From the NCBI GenBank assembly GCA_963807605.1, contig CAWECG010000003.1, positions 544,001 through 608,000 on the forward strand: DNA of 64,000 nucleotides, written 5' to 3'. Source of the DNA: Candidatus Bathyarchaeota archaeon. Its GTDB lineage: Archaea; Thermoproteota; Bathyarchaeia; 40CM-2-53-6; RBG-13-38-9. The position numbers were made by a program, and so were the translations under genes. The notes beneath the pieces were generated by a model, which saw only the letters and a program-made list of their open reading frames with translations, was not told the origin of the DNA and ran no database searches. Of this stretch, positions 28,623 through 37,718 are shown piece by piece; the stretch's first letter is position 1; every line of letters starts with the position of its first letter.

Positions 28623-28741
28623 GCGCGCGCTGCAAAAGTTCTATTGGGGATCACTATAGGCTATTCATAGAAGCATAACCAAGGGCCAAAGCAACTCGTA
28701 AAAGCGTTGAGAACGATGATCTCTTTTTGAAGGCGTGATAA

Positions 28742-29653
28742 GTGATAGGCCAAGACAGGACGATAGAACTTGTGAGTATGTCAAGGCAGCCTATGCCTTC
28801 AGTCGAGAAGCTGAGGGTGACTGTTCTTGTCGAAGATTCAGTGACTATGGAGAAGCCTGATCTGGTAGCCAAACATGGCTTGTCTTTTCTAATTGAAACA
28901 AGCTTCGCAGGCACCAATTCTAGAATTCTTGTCGATGCTGGCCCTCCACCTGACATAGCATTACAGAACGCGGACATAATGGGCGTTAGCTTGCAAAAAG
29001 TAGATGCAATATTCATCAGCCATGGACACTACGACCATGCAGGAGGACTGCTAGAGATTCTGAAGAGCATAAACAAACCGATACCTGTGCTCGCTCACCC
29101 AAGAATCTTCAGCCCCAAGTTTGCTCATAAACCAAATCTGAAGTACATCGGGCTAGGATACGATCCATCATCCATCACGAACACAAGAGGAGCGTTGATC
29201 CTAGCGCGAAATCCGGTCAAAATAATGGATGGTGTAACAACAAGTGGTGAAGTTGCGAGAGAGACCATTTTCGAGAAAGCCGAAGGATTATGGACCGTGG
29301 AGAATGAATGTTTCATGCAGGACGCTGTCATCGACGATCAAGCCCTAATTGTCAATGTCAGTGGCAAAGGTCTTGTTGTTGTAACGGGCTGTGCACACTC
29401 GGGAATCATAAATACGGTTAAACATGTCCAGAAGACAACTGGAATAAACAATGTCCACGCCATCCTAGGAGGCTTACATCTAGCCAATGCGGACGACAAG
29501 AGAGTTCAAACAAGCATAGACGAACTTGTAAGAAACAAGGTTGGGTCTATCTATCCTTGTCACTGCACAGGTTCCAAAGCGATCCATCAACTTCAAGAAA
29601 CCCTAGGATACCGTTGCAAACCTATTCATACTGGAGACATAATCGAACTCTGA
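28742..29653 (+). CDS. MBL-fold metallo-hydrolase
   Basis: HGLS, SHGHYDH, GCAHSG, GGLH, PCHCTG. Confidence 0.9.
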   Translation: MIGQDRTIELVSMSRQPMPSVEKLRVTVLVEDSVTMEKPDLVAKHGLSFLIETSFAGTNSRILVDAGPPPDIALQNADIMGVSLQKVDAIFISHGHYDHAGGLLEILKSINKPIPVLAHPRIFSPKFAHKPNLKYIGLGYDPSSITNTRGALILARNPVKIMDGVTTSGEVARETIFEKAEGLWTVENECFMQDAVIDDQALIVNVSGKGLVVVTGCAHSGIINTVKHVQKTTGINNVHAILGGLHLANADDKRVQTSIDELVRNKVGSIYPCHCTGSKAIHQLQETLGYRCKPIHTGDIIEL

Positions 29654-29719
29654 CTCTGTACACCATAAAGATCAGTCGTATGCGATTAGTTCCGTTAAAT
29701 TGCAAATGAGCGTGATGAA

Positions 29720-30535
29720 GTGCCCGGCCAAATCATTAGGGAATTGTTGGCACATATAGAAAAGAAGATCCCCGACATAGACAACCTGAAAGTATGTGAT
29801 GTCCGCATTGGACTCGGTTACACGGGCGTAAAGTTGAGTACGGGCCAAGCTGGCGTGTGTCACACCTTAGCAGATGAACCAGTTTGTTGCCAGAAAATCG
29901 ACCGTGCCGGAACATTCTCTGGGAGCTTGGCTCTGGAAATCGCTAGATTGGCAGATTCCTGGAAGCTTGGAGAGGCTGTGGTTGGCGTCGCAACCATAAA
30001 CGCTCTTTCCGAGATAGTGCTTCAAACAAGTACTGACAGATATTCGATTACTGAGAACGCAGACTGCACAGATCAAATAGAGATCAACAATGATGATACC
30101 GTAGCGATGGCAGGTTACATCAGACCGTTCATCCCCTTCATTAGAAGCAAAGCCAAGACACTCTACATAATGGAAAGGAATCCAAGAGTGCAGGATGAAG
30201 ACGTATTACCCGACAGTGCATGCTCAGAGATAATTCCAAAAGCTGACATAGTCATCATCACGGGAACTGCAGTCGCAAACGGAACGATAGACACCCTCCT
30301 TGAGCTGTCGAGAAATGCCAGAGAAGTCGCGGTGGTAGGCCCTACTGCAAGTATGATCCCCGACCCCTTATTCAAGCGCGGAGCAACTATGATGGGTGGA
30401 ATCAGCGTCACCAACAGTGAGAGGCTGCTGCAAGTGATATCGGAGGGCGGTGGAGTACCTCAATTCAAGAACGCTTGTAGACAGATGGTGATCAGACCGA
30501 GAAAGGGACGTGCTCTGAATTCACGTGTTAAGTGA
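29720..30535 (+). CDS. DUF364 Rossmann-like (putative heavy-metal chelation) protein
   Basis: GVATINAL, IITGT..NGT, VGPTAS. Confidence 0.85.
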   Translation: MPGQIIRELLAHIEKKIPDIDNLKVCDVRIGLGYTGVKLSTGQAGVCHTLADEPVCCQKIDRAGTFSGSLALEIARLADSWKLGEAVVGVATINALSEIVLQTSTDRYSITENADCTDQIEINNDDTVAMAGYIRPFIPFIRSKAKTLYIMERNPRVQDEDVLPDSACSEIIPKADIVIITGTAVANGTIDTLLELSRNAREVAVVGPTASMIPDPLFKRGATMMGGISVTNSERLLQVISEGGGVPQFKNACRQMVIRPRKGRALNSRVK

Positions 30536-30553
30536 AGCCGAGGATATCAATCA

Positions 30554-30833
30554 ATGTCTCAGAACGAAGATATTTTGGCCTTCGGCCCTGTTCCATCGAG
30601 GCGCCTAGGGCGAAGCCTGGGCATAAACAATATCCCAGCAAAGGTATGCACCTATTCTTGCATCTACTGCCAATTGGTAGAACAACAAGGCTTCGGATTG
30701 ACAGACAACGATTTCATGACCTCGAATCGATATCTGCACAGGTGGAAAAGAAGGTTAACCAATCCAGAACTGCGCAGCAACCCATAGATTATCTCACTTT
30801 CGTCCCTGATGGAGAACCAACTCTAGACGTAAA
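30554..30833 (+). pseudogene. Radical SAM N-terminal relic, frameshifted and cut at GCGCGCG (30834-30840)
   Basis: [27 protein letters not shown], then DYLTFVPDGEPTLD. Confidence 0.85.
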
Positions 30834-30885
30834 GCGCGCGAACCGCGAGTTAACATACTAGGCAACGAAAAGGAGGTGAACACGT

Positions 30886-31029
30886 TTGGCGAAAGATCCC
30901 GTATGTGGAATGAACGTAGATGAGAAGACGGCTAAGATCAAATCAGAATATAGTGGAAAGTCATACTACTTCTGCAATCTGGCATGCAAACAGACTTTTG
31001 ACAAGAATCCGAGTAAATTCACAAAGTAG
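30886..31029 (+). CDS. YHS-domain copper/metal chaperone (not in ORF track)
   Basis: MAKDPVCGMNV..YYFCNLACKQTFDKNP; GGAGGTGA RBS. Confidence 0.85.
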   Translation: MAKDPVCGMNVDEKTAKIKSEYSGKSYYFCNLACKQTFDKNPSKFTK

Positions 31030-31094
31030 AGCTGTAATGAAGCATCACTAGCTAGACAGAGCCTTCTTCTTATATGAAATGGTTATGTTAGATT

Positions 31095-33185
31095 CTAGAG
31101 TTTTGGCTTGAACCTGTTCAGCAGCAGTGAGTTGCTTACCACGGTGACAGAACTGAATGCCATTGCTCCGGCCGCTAGGAAAGGAAGAACATTGTAGATC
31201 TGTGGACCGAAGAAGGGAACCAAGCCTCCTGCAGCAACAGGAATCAGGCCGATGTTGTAGAAGAACGCCCAAAAGAGGTTCTGCTTTATCTTAGCAACAG
31301 TCTTCCGACTGAGTTCTATAGCGGTGACTACTCCTCTCAAATCATCTCTAATGAGGACTACCCCGCTAGTCTCTTTTGCTACATCTGTTCCGCTCCCAAT
31401 TGCAATTCCGAGGTCTGCTTTCGCCAATGCGGGTGCATCGTTGACACCGTCTCCCACCATTCCGACCCTGTTGCCTCCTTCTTTGAGCTTGTCGATGACC
31501 TCCACTTTCTGGTGTGGCAAGACATTAGCGATAACCTTCTGTATCCCGAGCTTCTTCGCAATAGAGTTGGCTGTACGCTCATTATCTCCCGTCAACATGA
31601 CGACCTCGATTCCCATATCTCTGAGTTGTTGAATTGCTTCAACCGAATACTCCTTCAGTGTATCAGCCACCGCAATTAGGCCGACGAGGCGTTCGTCTGA
31701 GGCCTCCATCATCACTGTTTTTCCGTCTTCCTCCAATCGTCTAATCTTTTTTTCAGCAGTCTCGAAGATGATTCCATTTTCCGTCATCAGTGTTCTGTTG
31801 CCCAGGAGAACTCTGTGTCCGGAAATCTCGGCTAAGACTCCTTTCCCAGGGATTGCTTCGAAAGACTCAGCTTCCTCGATTAGCAGTTGTTTCTCTGTGG
31901 CTGCTCTTACTATGGCTTCGCCAAGTGGGTGCTCTGATCCTTTCTCAGCAACGGCGGCCAGCCGCAGAATCTCATCTTCGGGCAGGTCACTTGTTACAGC
32001 TATGTCTGTGACTGATGGTTGGCCTTTTGTCAGAGTTCCAGTCTTGTCGAAGACAAGCGTTTTCACGCGGTGTGCCATCTCAAGGTTCTCTCCTCCTTTG
32101 AAGAGTACTCCGCTTTCGGCTGCTTTCCCTGTTCCAACCATAAGTGCCGCGGGAGTGGCTATTCCCAATGCGCAGGGACATGCGATGACAATGACTGAGA
32201 CAAAGGATAGAAGCGCAAAGTTCAGTCCTATTCTTCCAACGAAATACCAACCTAGGGCAGACGTTGTAGCGATGATGATTACTGCGGGAACAAAATATGC
32301 CGCTATCTGATCTGCTATTCGTTGAATTGGAGCTCTTCCCGCCTGAGCCTCTTCGACCATTTTCACTATATGGGCTAGGACTGTATCCTGACCTATCTTT
32401 TCGGCCCTGATCTTAACCATTCCTGCTTTGTTTGTTGTTGCACCTATGACTTCATCGCCTGTTTTTCTTTCAACTGGCATGCTTTCTCCGGTGATCATTG
32501 ACTCGTCCACCGATGTGTGCCCAGTTACGACTACTGCGTCTACTGGAATCCTCTCTCCGGGTCTTACTGCCAGTTCATCTCCGACAGAGACTTGCTCAAC
32601 CGGAATCTCCGTCTCTTGCCCATTCTTGACCAAGCGGGCCATGGTTGGTTGAAGATCCATAAGACGTCTGACCGCTTCTGACGCCCTGCTCTTGGTGAGG
32701 TGCTCAAGATATCGGCCCATCAGGATGAGAGTTATGATTGCAGCTGACGTGTCGAAATAAGGCATTACCTCCTGTATTGGCAGTATTCTCGGAAAGAAGA
32801 CGACTACAGTGCTGTAGGCCCATGCAGCCGTAGTTCCCAGAGCGATCAGCGTATCCATGTTGCCCATACGTGCCTTGATCGAGTGGTACAAGCCACGGTA
32901 GAACCTGAAACCTATGATGAACTGTATTGGCGTAGTGAGGACGAAAAGAACCAAGAGTCGGACTTGCATAGGCAAAATCTGAAGGTATGTTAGAGCGATC
33001 ACAGGCACTGTGAGGACTACCGAAATGGCCAGAGATATCTTCAGCCGTTTAATCTCACGTTCCGGAGCAATAAACTCGTCAAGACATGATTTGCTGCAGA
33101 AATAGTAGGTTGTTCCACGAACCACTGCCTTAAGTTCCGCAGTTTTTTCATCCACATACATTCCACAGATTGGATCTTTGGCCAT
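31095..33185 (-). CDS. copA: Cu+-exporting P1B ATPase with N-terminal YHS domain
   Basis: TGES, CPCALG, DKTGT, SEHP, GDGVND, YN..P, MAFSS. Confidence 0.93.
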   Translation of the reverse strand: MAKDPICGMYVDEKTAELKAVVRGTTYYFCSKSCLDEFIAPEREIKRLKISLAISVVLTVPVIALTYLQILPMQVRLLVLFVLTTPIQFIIGFRFYRGLYHSIKARMGNMDTLIALGTTAAWAYSTVVVFFPRILPIQEVMPYFDTSAAIITLILMGRYLEHLTKSRASEAVRRLMDLQPTMARLVKNGQETEIPVEQVSVGDELAVRPGERIPVDAVVVTGHTSVDESMITGESMPVERKTGDEVIGATTNKAGMVKIRAEKIGQDTVLAHIVKMVEEAQAGRAPIQRIADQIAAYFVPAVIIIATTSALGWYFVGRIGLNFALLSFVSVIVIACPCALGIATPAALMVGTGKAAESGVLFKGGENLEMAHRVKTLVFDKTGTLTKGQPSVTDIAVTSDLPEDEILRLAAVAEKGSEHPLGEAIVRAATEKQLLIEEAESFEAIPGKGVLAEISGHRVLLGNRTLMTENGIIFETAEKKIRRLEEDGKTVMMEASDERLVGLIAVADTLKEYSVEAIQQLRDMGIEVVMLTGDNERTANSIAKKLGIQKVIANVLPHQKVEVIDKLKEGGNRVGMVGDGVNDAPALAKADLGIAIGSGTDVAKETSGVVLIRDDLRGVVTAIELSRKTVAKIKQNLFWAFFYNIGLIPVAAGGLVPFFGPQIYNVLPFLAAGAMAFSSVTVVSNSLLLNRFKPKL

Positions 33186-33280
33186 TATCGATCCCTTAAA
33201 TCATCGAAGGCAAGAAAAGATCAGCTATATAAAAAGCAAATCTTCTGCGCACTCGATATTCACATCAATAAGGATCGAGC

Positions 33281-33456
33281 TCCCGCGGGCCCGCCATCAA
33301 GTGTAGAACAGCCTAATTTCCCGAACCTGCAGGTTTCGCCGCTAGTGATGGGAATCCCGCCCGGTTCACTACTCAAACAGTCGCTAACATAGATCAAGGC
33401 AGAATTTCCCGAAACTGGAAGATTCACCCCTAGCGGTGTGAGTCCCGGCGGCCGCA
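33281..33456 (+). repeat. Three tandem tRNA-3'-end fragments; the last two share a 45-bp upstream arm
   Basis: TCCCGCGGGCCCGCCA (33281), AATCCCGCCCGGTTCACTA (33353), AGTCCCGGCGGCCGCA (33441); 33315-33359 versus 33403-33447 is 35/45 identical. Confidence 0.75.
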
Positions 33457-33601
33457 CTTCTTGATGGAATTCAGCGCGCGCACTTTCGTTTCTCTATCCT
33501 CTGACTGATTACCCATATAAATGACCTGCGCGTCGGGCGCCCAAGAGTCAAATCCTTGACGTTCACATTCCGCAGGTATCTACGCGTACACACTACCCAA
33601 A

Positions 33602-34165
33602 ATGTTTTTAGAGATTGCTAATGCTACCCTTGGCCAAACAATGCGAATCCGAAAGGGTCTGGTGACATATTTGGTGAAATCAAGCAAAGAAGACTTGATG
33701 AAACGTGCTTATGATTTGGGTTTCAACTATACCAAGGATTATGGAAGTTGCTCACAATGTGCCTTTGCAGCTGTGAGCGAAGTCTTGGGAGGTCGAAGCC
33801 GTGAGATCTTTAAGACGATGGACGGTCTAGCTGGAGGATTGGTCCGTGCAGGAGATGGCACATGTGGCGCCTTGTCAGGCGGAGTGGCAGCGATAAGCCA
33901 AAGGTATGGCAGGGCAGATTTCTCGAATCTTGGAGAAAGAGAGAAGGGCATGGTACTGGGCAAGAAGCTCCATGACCGGTTCATAGAAGAGTTTGGAAGC
34001 GCCATCTGCAAAGATGTCCAGACGAAAATTATTGGAAGGTCTTTCAACCTCTGGGACCCCAAGGAACATGAAGAATTCAACAAGGCAAAGGGAGACAAGT
34101 GCCAAAATGTTGTGGGGAAAACTGCAAAGTGGACTGTCGAAATCCTATTGAATGAAAAAAAATAG
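33602..34165 (+). CDS. C-GCAxxG-C-C family redox protein (paralog)
   Basis: Close paralog of 16077-16619. Confidence 0.88.
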   Translation: MFLEIANATLGQTMRIRKGLVTYLVKSSKEDLMKRAYDLGFNYTKDYGSCSQCAFAAVSEVLGGRSREIFKTMDGLAGGLVRAGDGTCGALSGGVAAISQRYGRADFSNLGEREKGMVLGKKLHDRFIEEFGSAICKDVQTKIIGRSFNLWDPKEHEEFNKAKGDKCQNVVGKTAKWTVEILLNEKK

Positions 34166-34339
34166 TATAGAGGTTTGGTTGTTTAACTCAGCAAGCGCAA
34201 GTAGCACGGCTGAGGGCGCACAACTCGAAAGGGCTTAAGCAATTAGCGCCTAAACACCTAAGCCAATAGCACCGACAGGAAAACGTACCCAATCGAAAAC
34301 TACACAGGAAACTAATTTTCGACACCCTAAGAGTTATTT

Positions 34340-34413
34340 TGGTGGACCGGGCGGGATCCGCAACTTTTTCGGTGCTAGAATTGGTTTCAAAATTCGCGCG
34401 GGTTCAGGCCTCG
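34340..34413 (-). repeat. tRNA-Ala-like 3' end plus conserved arm, copy 3
   Basis: Minus strand ends ATCCCGCCCGGTCCACCA. Confidence 0.8.
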
Positions 34414-34533
34414 CAGGGTTCGGACACGTCGACCTTTGGGATCCGGAAATCTTCTCTATGAAACGGTTCTTGATTGGGTCGTTAAGTGAACGCGCGCGTA
34501 TACTTTTTCATCCTGAGTTCATTCTAAATCCGA

Positions 34534-34692
34534 TTAATGAAGTTGGGAAAGTGCTCCTTTCATCCACAATTTGTAGCGGTCAACACAGTCCTTATCATGA
34601 AAAGCATATTCTTCTCCGTTAATGGTCTCAAAGTAAGGCTCACCGATAATGATATCATCACAAAGGGCACATATCTTTTCCTTCACCATCAT
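34534..34692 (-). CDS. Small TRASH/YHS-like metal-binding protein
   Basis: CALC..GEEYAF...C. Confidence 0.7.
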   Translation of the reverse strand: MMVKEKICALCDDIIIGEPYFETINGEEYAFHDKDCVDRYKLWMKGALSQLH

Positions 34693-35048
34693 CTCACCTC
34701 CTATCAATTGTTCCATCATCACATACGCCATGATAGAGTAATATACTTAACGTTTGTTTGTAATACCTTATTCTAAGCATAATGGCGAACAACATAACTT
34801 TGTCCTACAGTTTGTGCTTTGAACAATTAGAATTTTCCTCACTTCAGTGAAAGTCGATGCGGCACAAGCGTATATGAACTTCAATCGTCCTATGCTCATC
34901 CAAGGAAATATATTACGTCCGGATCGTATCTTGCGCCTGAAGTGGACCTCTCTTCGATGAAGCGCGCGCCGGTGTAGGCCTATTGAATTCATATTCAAAT
35001 AGGCAAAACTTTTAACCTCAAAATTGTAGAGATTGTTTCGGTGAGGAC

Positions 35049-35465
35049 ATGCCCAAGTTTAAGGCTACAGCCAAATGGGTCGGAAATGTTCGTTCAATAG
35101 TGGACAATTCCAGAACACACAGTGTGGTTTGTGATCTAACAACCCCTCAGGGTGGAGACGATACGGGGCCAACAGCCAACGAATTGGCTATAATGGCTTT
35201 AGCAGATTGCGCCGTGACAATATTCGCCGATGTCTGTAAACAGAGCAAAATTGAACTCGTTAAAGTGGAGGCTGTCGCGGAGGCTGAAAAACCTCCTGAC
35301 TCGCCCAAGCTGAGTGGGGTAACCATTAAGACTACAGTTACCGCAAAGGCAAGAAAGGAACTATTAGAAGCTTCTTGGAGGAGAACCGAAGCAAACTGCC
35401 CAGTACTATCCATATTCAGGGAGCCAATACCACTAAAGGTCGAATTCGAAGTCATTCCTGAATAA
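35049..35465 (+). CDS. OsmC-family protein
   Basis: GGDDTGPTA.EL..ALADC..CPV. Confidence 0.88.
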   Translation: MPKFKATAKWVGNVRSIVDNSRTHSVVCDLTTPQGGDDTGPTANELAIMALADCAVTIFADVCKQSKIELVKVEAVAEAEKPPDSPKLSGVTIKTTVTAKARKELLEASWRRTEANCPVLSIFREPIPLKVEFEVIPE

Positions 35466-35711
35466 TTCTACGAGACGACACGTACCTAGGACTCAACCCT
35501 AGAACAACATCTGAATCATTTATGAAAAATGGTGTTGACAACAAAAGGTGAAACACAAGGGCGTCATACCTTTGACGCCATATCTCCGTAACATTTGCGC
35601 CCGCGTATGATGTGCTTTCCTTCCTTGCTGCAGGTACTATGACCTTCAGTTCGGTTGCTGCGATAAGTAATTCGCTCTTACTTGATTCAAACGAAGCCTT
35701 GAATTAGAAGT

Positions 35712-36017
35712 TTGCAGGCGAGATTTGTGAGCGAGAATAACAAAGAGAATAAGGATACTTTTGAGAAGATTGCAAGAGAGTCGAAAAAAGCTAAAGAGTC
35801 TCGCCTCATCGTCTCTGTGACTGGAATTAGCTGCGCCACCTGCACTGTCGCTATAGAGAAACAGGTGAAAAAGATCGAGGGCGTTGGCGCTGTTAAGACG
35901 GCGATAATGCTGAACAAGGTTTTCATAGATTATGACCCGACTCTCATCGACTCAGCTACAATCAGAAAAGCAATAGACAAGACTGGTTACAAAAGCTACA
36001 TGAGCGTGGAGGAATAA
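35712..36017 (+). CDS. HMA (CopZ-like) metal chaperone
   Basis: GISCATC..IE..GV..I.KTGY. Confidence 0.85.
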   Translation: MQARFVSENNKENKDTFEKIARESKKAKESRLIVSVTGISCATCTVAIEKQVKKIEGVGAVKTAIMLNKVFIDYDPTLIDSATIRKAIDKTGYKSYMSVEE

Positions 36018-36033
36018 TGAGCGCCCGTAACGC

Positions 36034-36615
36034 GTGCGCATGCGAGACATTGAAAAATTGACCGCCTCGAAATACCCTTATAATGAAAAGGAGAGGAGGA
36101 GATGGCAGAATCCTGAAGCCATACTAGGAGAAATAGGCTTACGATCCGGTCTAACATTCATTGACATAGGTTGCGGCGATGGCTTTTTCACCATCCCAGC
36201 CGCTAAGATCGTGGGCGAAACAGGGAGAGTCTATGGGTTAGACTCGGATGATGAAGCAATAGATCTTTTGAAGAAAAAGGCCACTGGAGAACGCCTGACA
36301 AATCTAGATTTGAAACTGGGAAAAGCTGAAGAGACAGTCCTATGTGAGGCATGCGCGGACGTGGTCTTCTTCGGTACAGTTCTTCACGACTTTAGAGATC
36401 CAGCCAAGGTATTAATGAATGCGAAGAAAATGGTCAAATCTGACGGACGGCTGATAGACTTAGACTGGAAAAAGGAGTCGATGAAGTTGGGACCTCCACT
36501 TCGAATAAGGTTCAGCCAAGAAGAAGCAATACGACTTATTGAATCGACAGGCCTAAAGATAGAGGAAGTGAAGGAAAACGGCCCCTACCACTACTTGATT
36601 GTGGCCAAATCATAA
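36034..36615 (+). CDS. Class I SAM-dependent methyltransferase
   Basis: IDIGCGDG, VLHD, DWKK..GPP. Confidence 0.88.
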   Translation: MRMRDIEKLTASKYPYNEKERRRWQNPEAILGEIGLRSGLTFIDIGCGDGFFTIPAAKIVGETGRVYGLDSDDEAIDLLKKKATGERLTNLDLKLGKAEETVLCEACADVVFFGTVLHDFRDPAKVLMNAKKMVKSDGRLIDLDWKKESMKLGPPLRIRFSQEEAIRLIESTGLKIEEVKENGPYHYLIVAKS

Positions 36616-36765
36616 CTTGTGCTGGGAGGACTCATGGTCTCCAATCAAATTGGATTCGTTTACGTGCGCTTCGGCGTAGTTGGTTAGTCATTTCATATGG
36701 TTAATCAACTGGGGATAGAGTCGAGGAAGGATGCGCGCCACAGCCCTGAGATGTAGTGAAACAGA

Positions 36766-37317
36766 ATGCTACCCAATTTTTTTACGAGTGGAAAGGTTGG
36801 CATTCTAAAAAGCCGACCACGTATCCTCGGACTTGTTATGGTAATCCTGGTTCTTGCTGGTGGAGTGTTTTATTTCTTTTCGATTCAAGAGCGCCCGCGG
36901 GTTAGTCCACCCAAGTCTGTTTCTCTGACAAAAGAGCAGAAAGAGATTGATGATTTTCTGAAGGAGTATTATCTTGCCTATGGTAATGCATCTCTTACCA
37001 GGCTCATTGTGCTCTTTGACAATGATGCTATCTTGTCTGCTCCTAACGGTGTAGTATACAAAGGATTCTACACTATAAGATCCTATTATGTAGAGGATAT
37101 TGATAGTTTCTGGAACTTTACGATCGATAAGACGGCTTCGACAGTTGAGGTTCGAGGGAACGAAGCGTATGCAACATATAATATTAGAGTTGGGCCTTGG
37201 TACATGGGTGTGACTGAGAGTGTAAAATTCTTCTACAAAGATACTTTTGAATTGAAGAGAGAAGGGGATACTTGGAAGATCACCGCATTGACGATAGAAC
37301 AAACCTCAGCCAGATAA
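36766..37317 (+). CDS. Membrane-anchored NTF2/SnoaL-fold protein
   Basis: N-terminal TM; LF..DA.L..P.G..G..IR; LKREG.TWKI. Confidence 0.75.
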   Translation: MLPNFFTSGKVGILKSRPRILGLVMVILVLAGGVFYFFSIQERPRVSPPKSVSLTKEQKEIDDFLKEYYLAYGNASLTRLIVLFDNDAILSAPNGVVYKGFYTIRSYYVEDIDSFWNFTIDKTASTVEVRGNEAYATYNIRVGPWYMGVTESVKFFYKDTFELKREGDTWKITALTIEQTSAR

Positions 37318-37458
37318 TCGAGTTTCGTTGTCGCCTCACGAATAGAATCACACATACAAATTCGTCACATTAGGAAAAGAGATCTCAGGTCTGAGATAAG
37401 GTCCAGATATACGTGCACGAAACGTTAAGTAAGCATCTGGAGTACGTTGCTAGAGGTG

Positions 37459-37641
37459 ATGAGCTCAGTGATTACTTTGAAATGTCCTATTGGCGGGTGT
37501 GTCTTTGAGATAGATGCTCACACCTTTGAGGAAGCAATTAAGAAGGCTAGAGATCATGCGAAGGCACAGCACAACATGACTGATCTCCCTGCCCACATTA
37601 TAGAGAAAATTGCACAAGCGTTTAAGCCAACAATATGGTGA
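37459..37641 (+). CDS. DUF1059-like small metal-binding protein
   Basis: LKCPIGGC.FE..DHAKAQH. Confidence 0.75.
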   Translation: MSSVITLKCPIGGCVFEIDAHTFEEAIKKARDHAKAQHNMTDLPAHIIEKIAQAFKPTIW

Positions 37642-37718
37642 AGTTGTAGCGACCGCCAGTCTTTTCTTGGCCGACTTGTCCATCATATTGTCAGCCCGGT
37701 TCCATCAAGCTTTTCATT

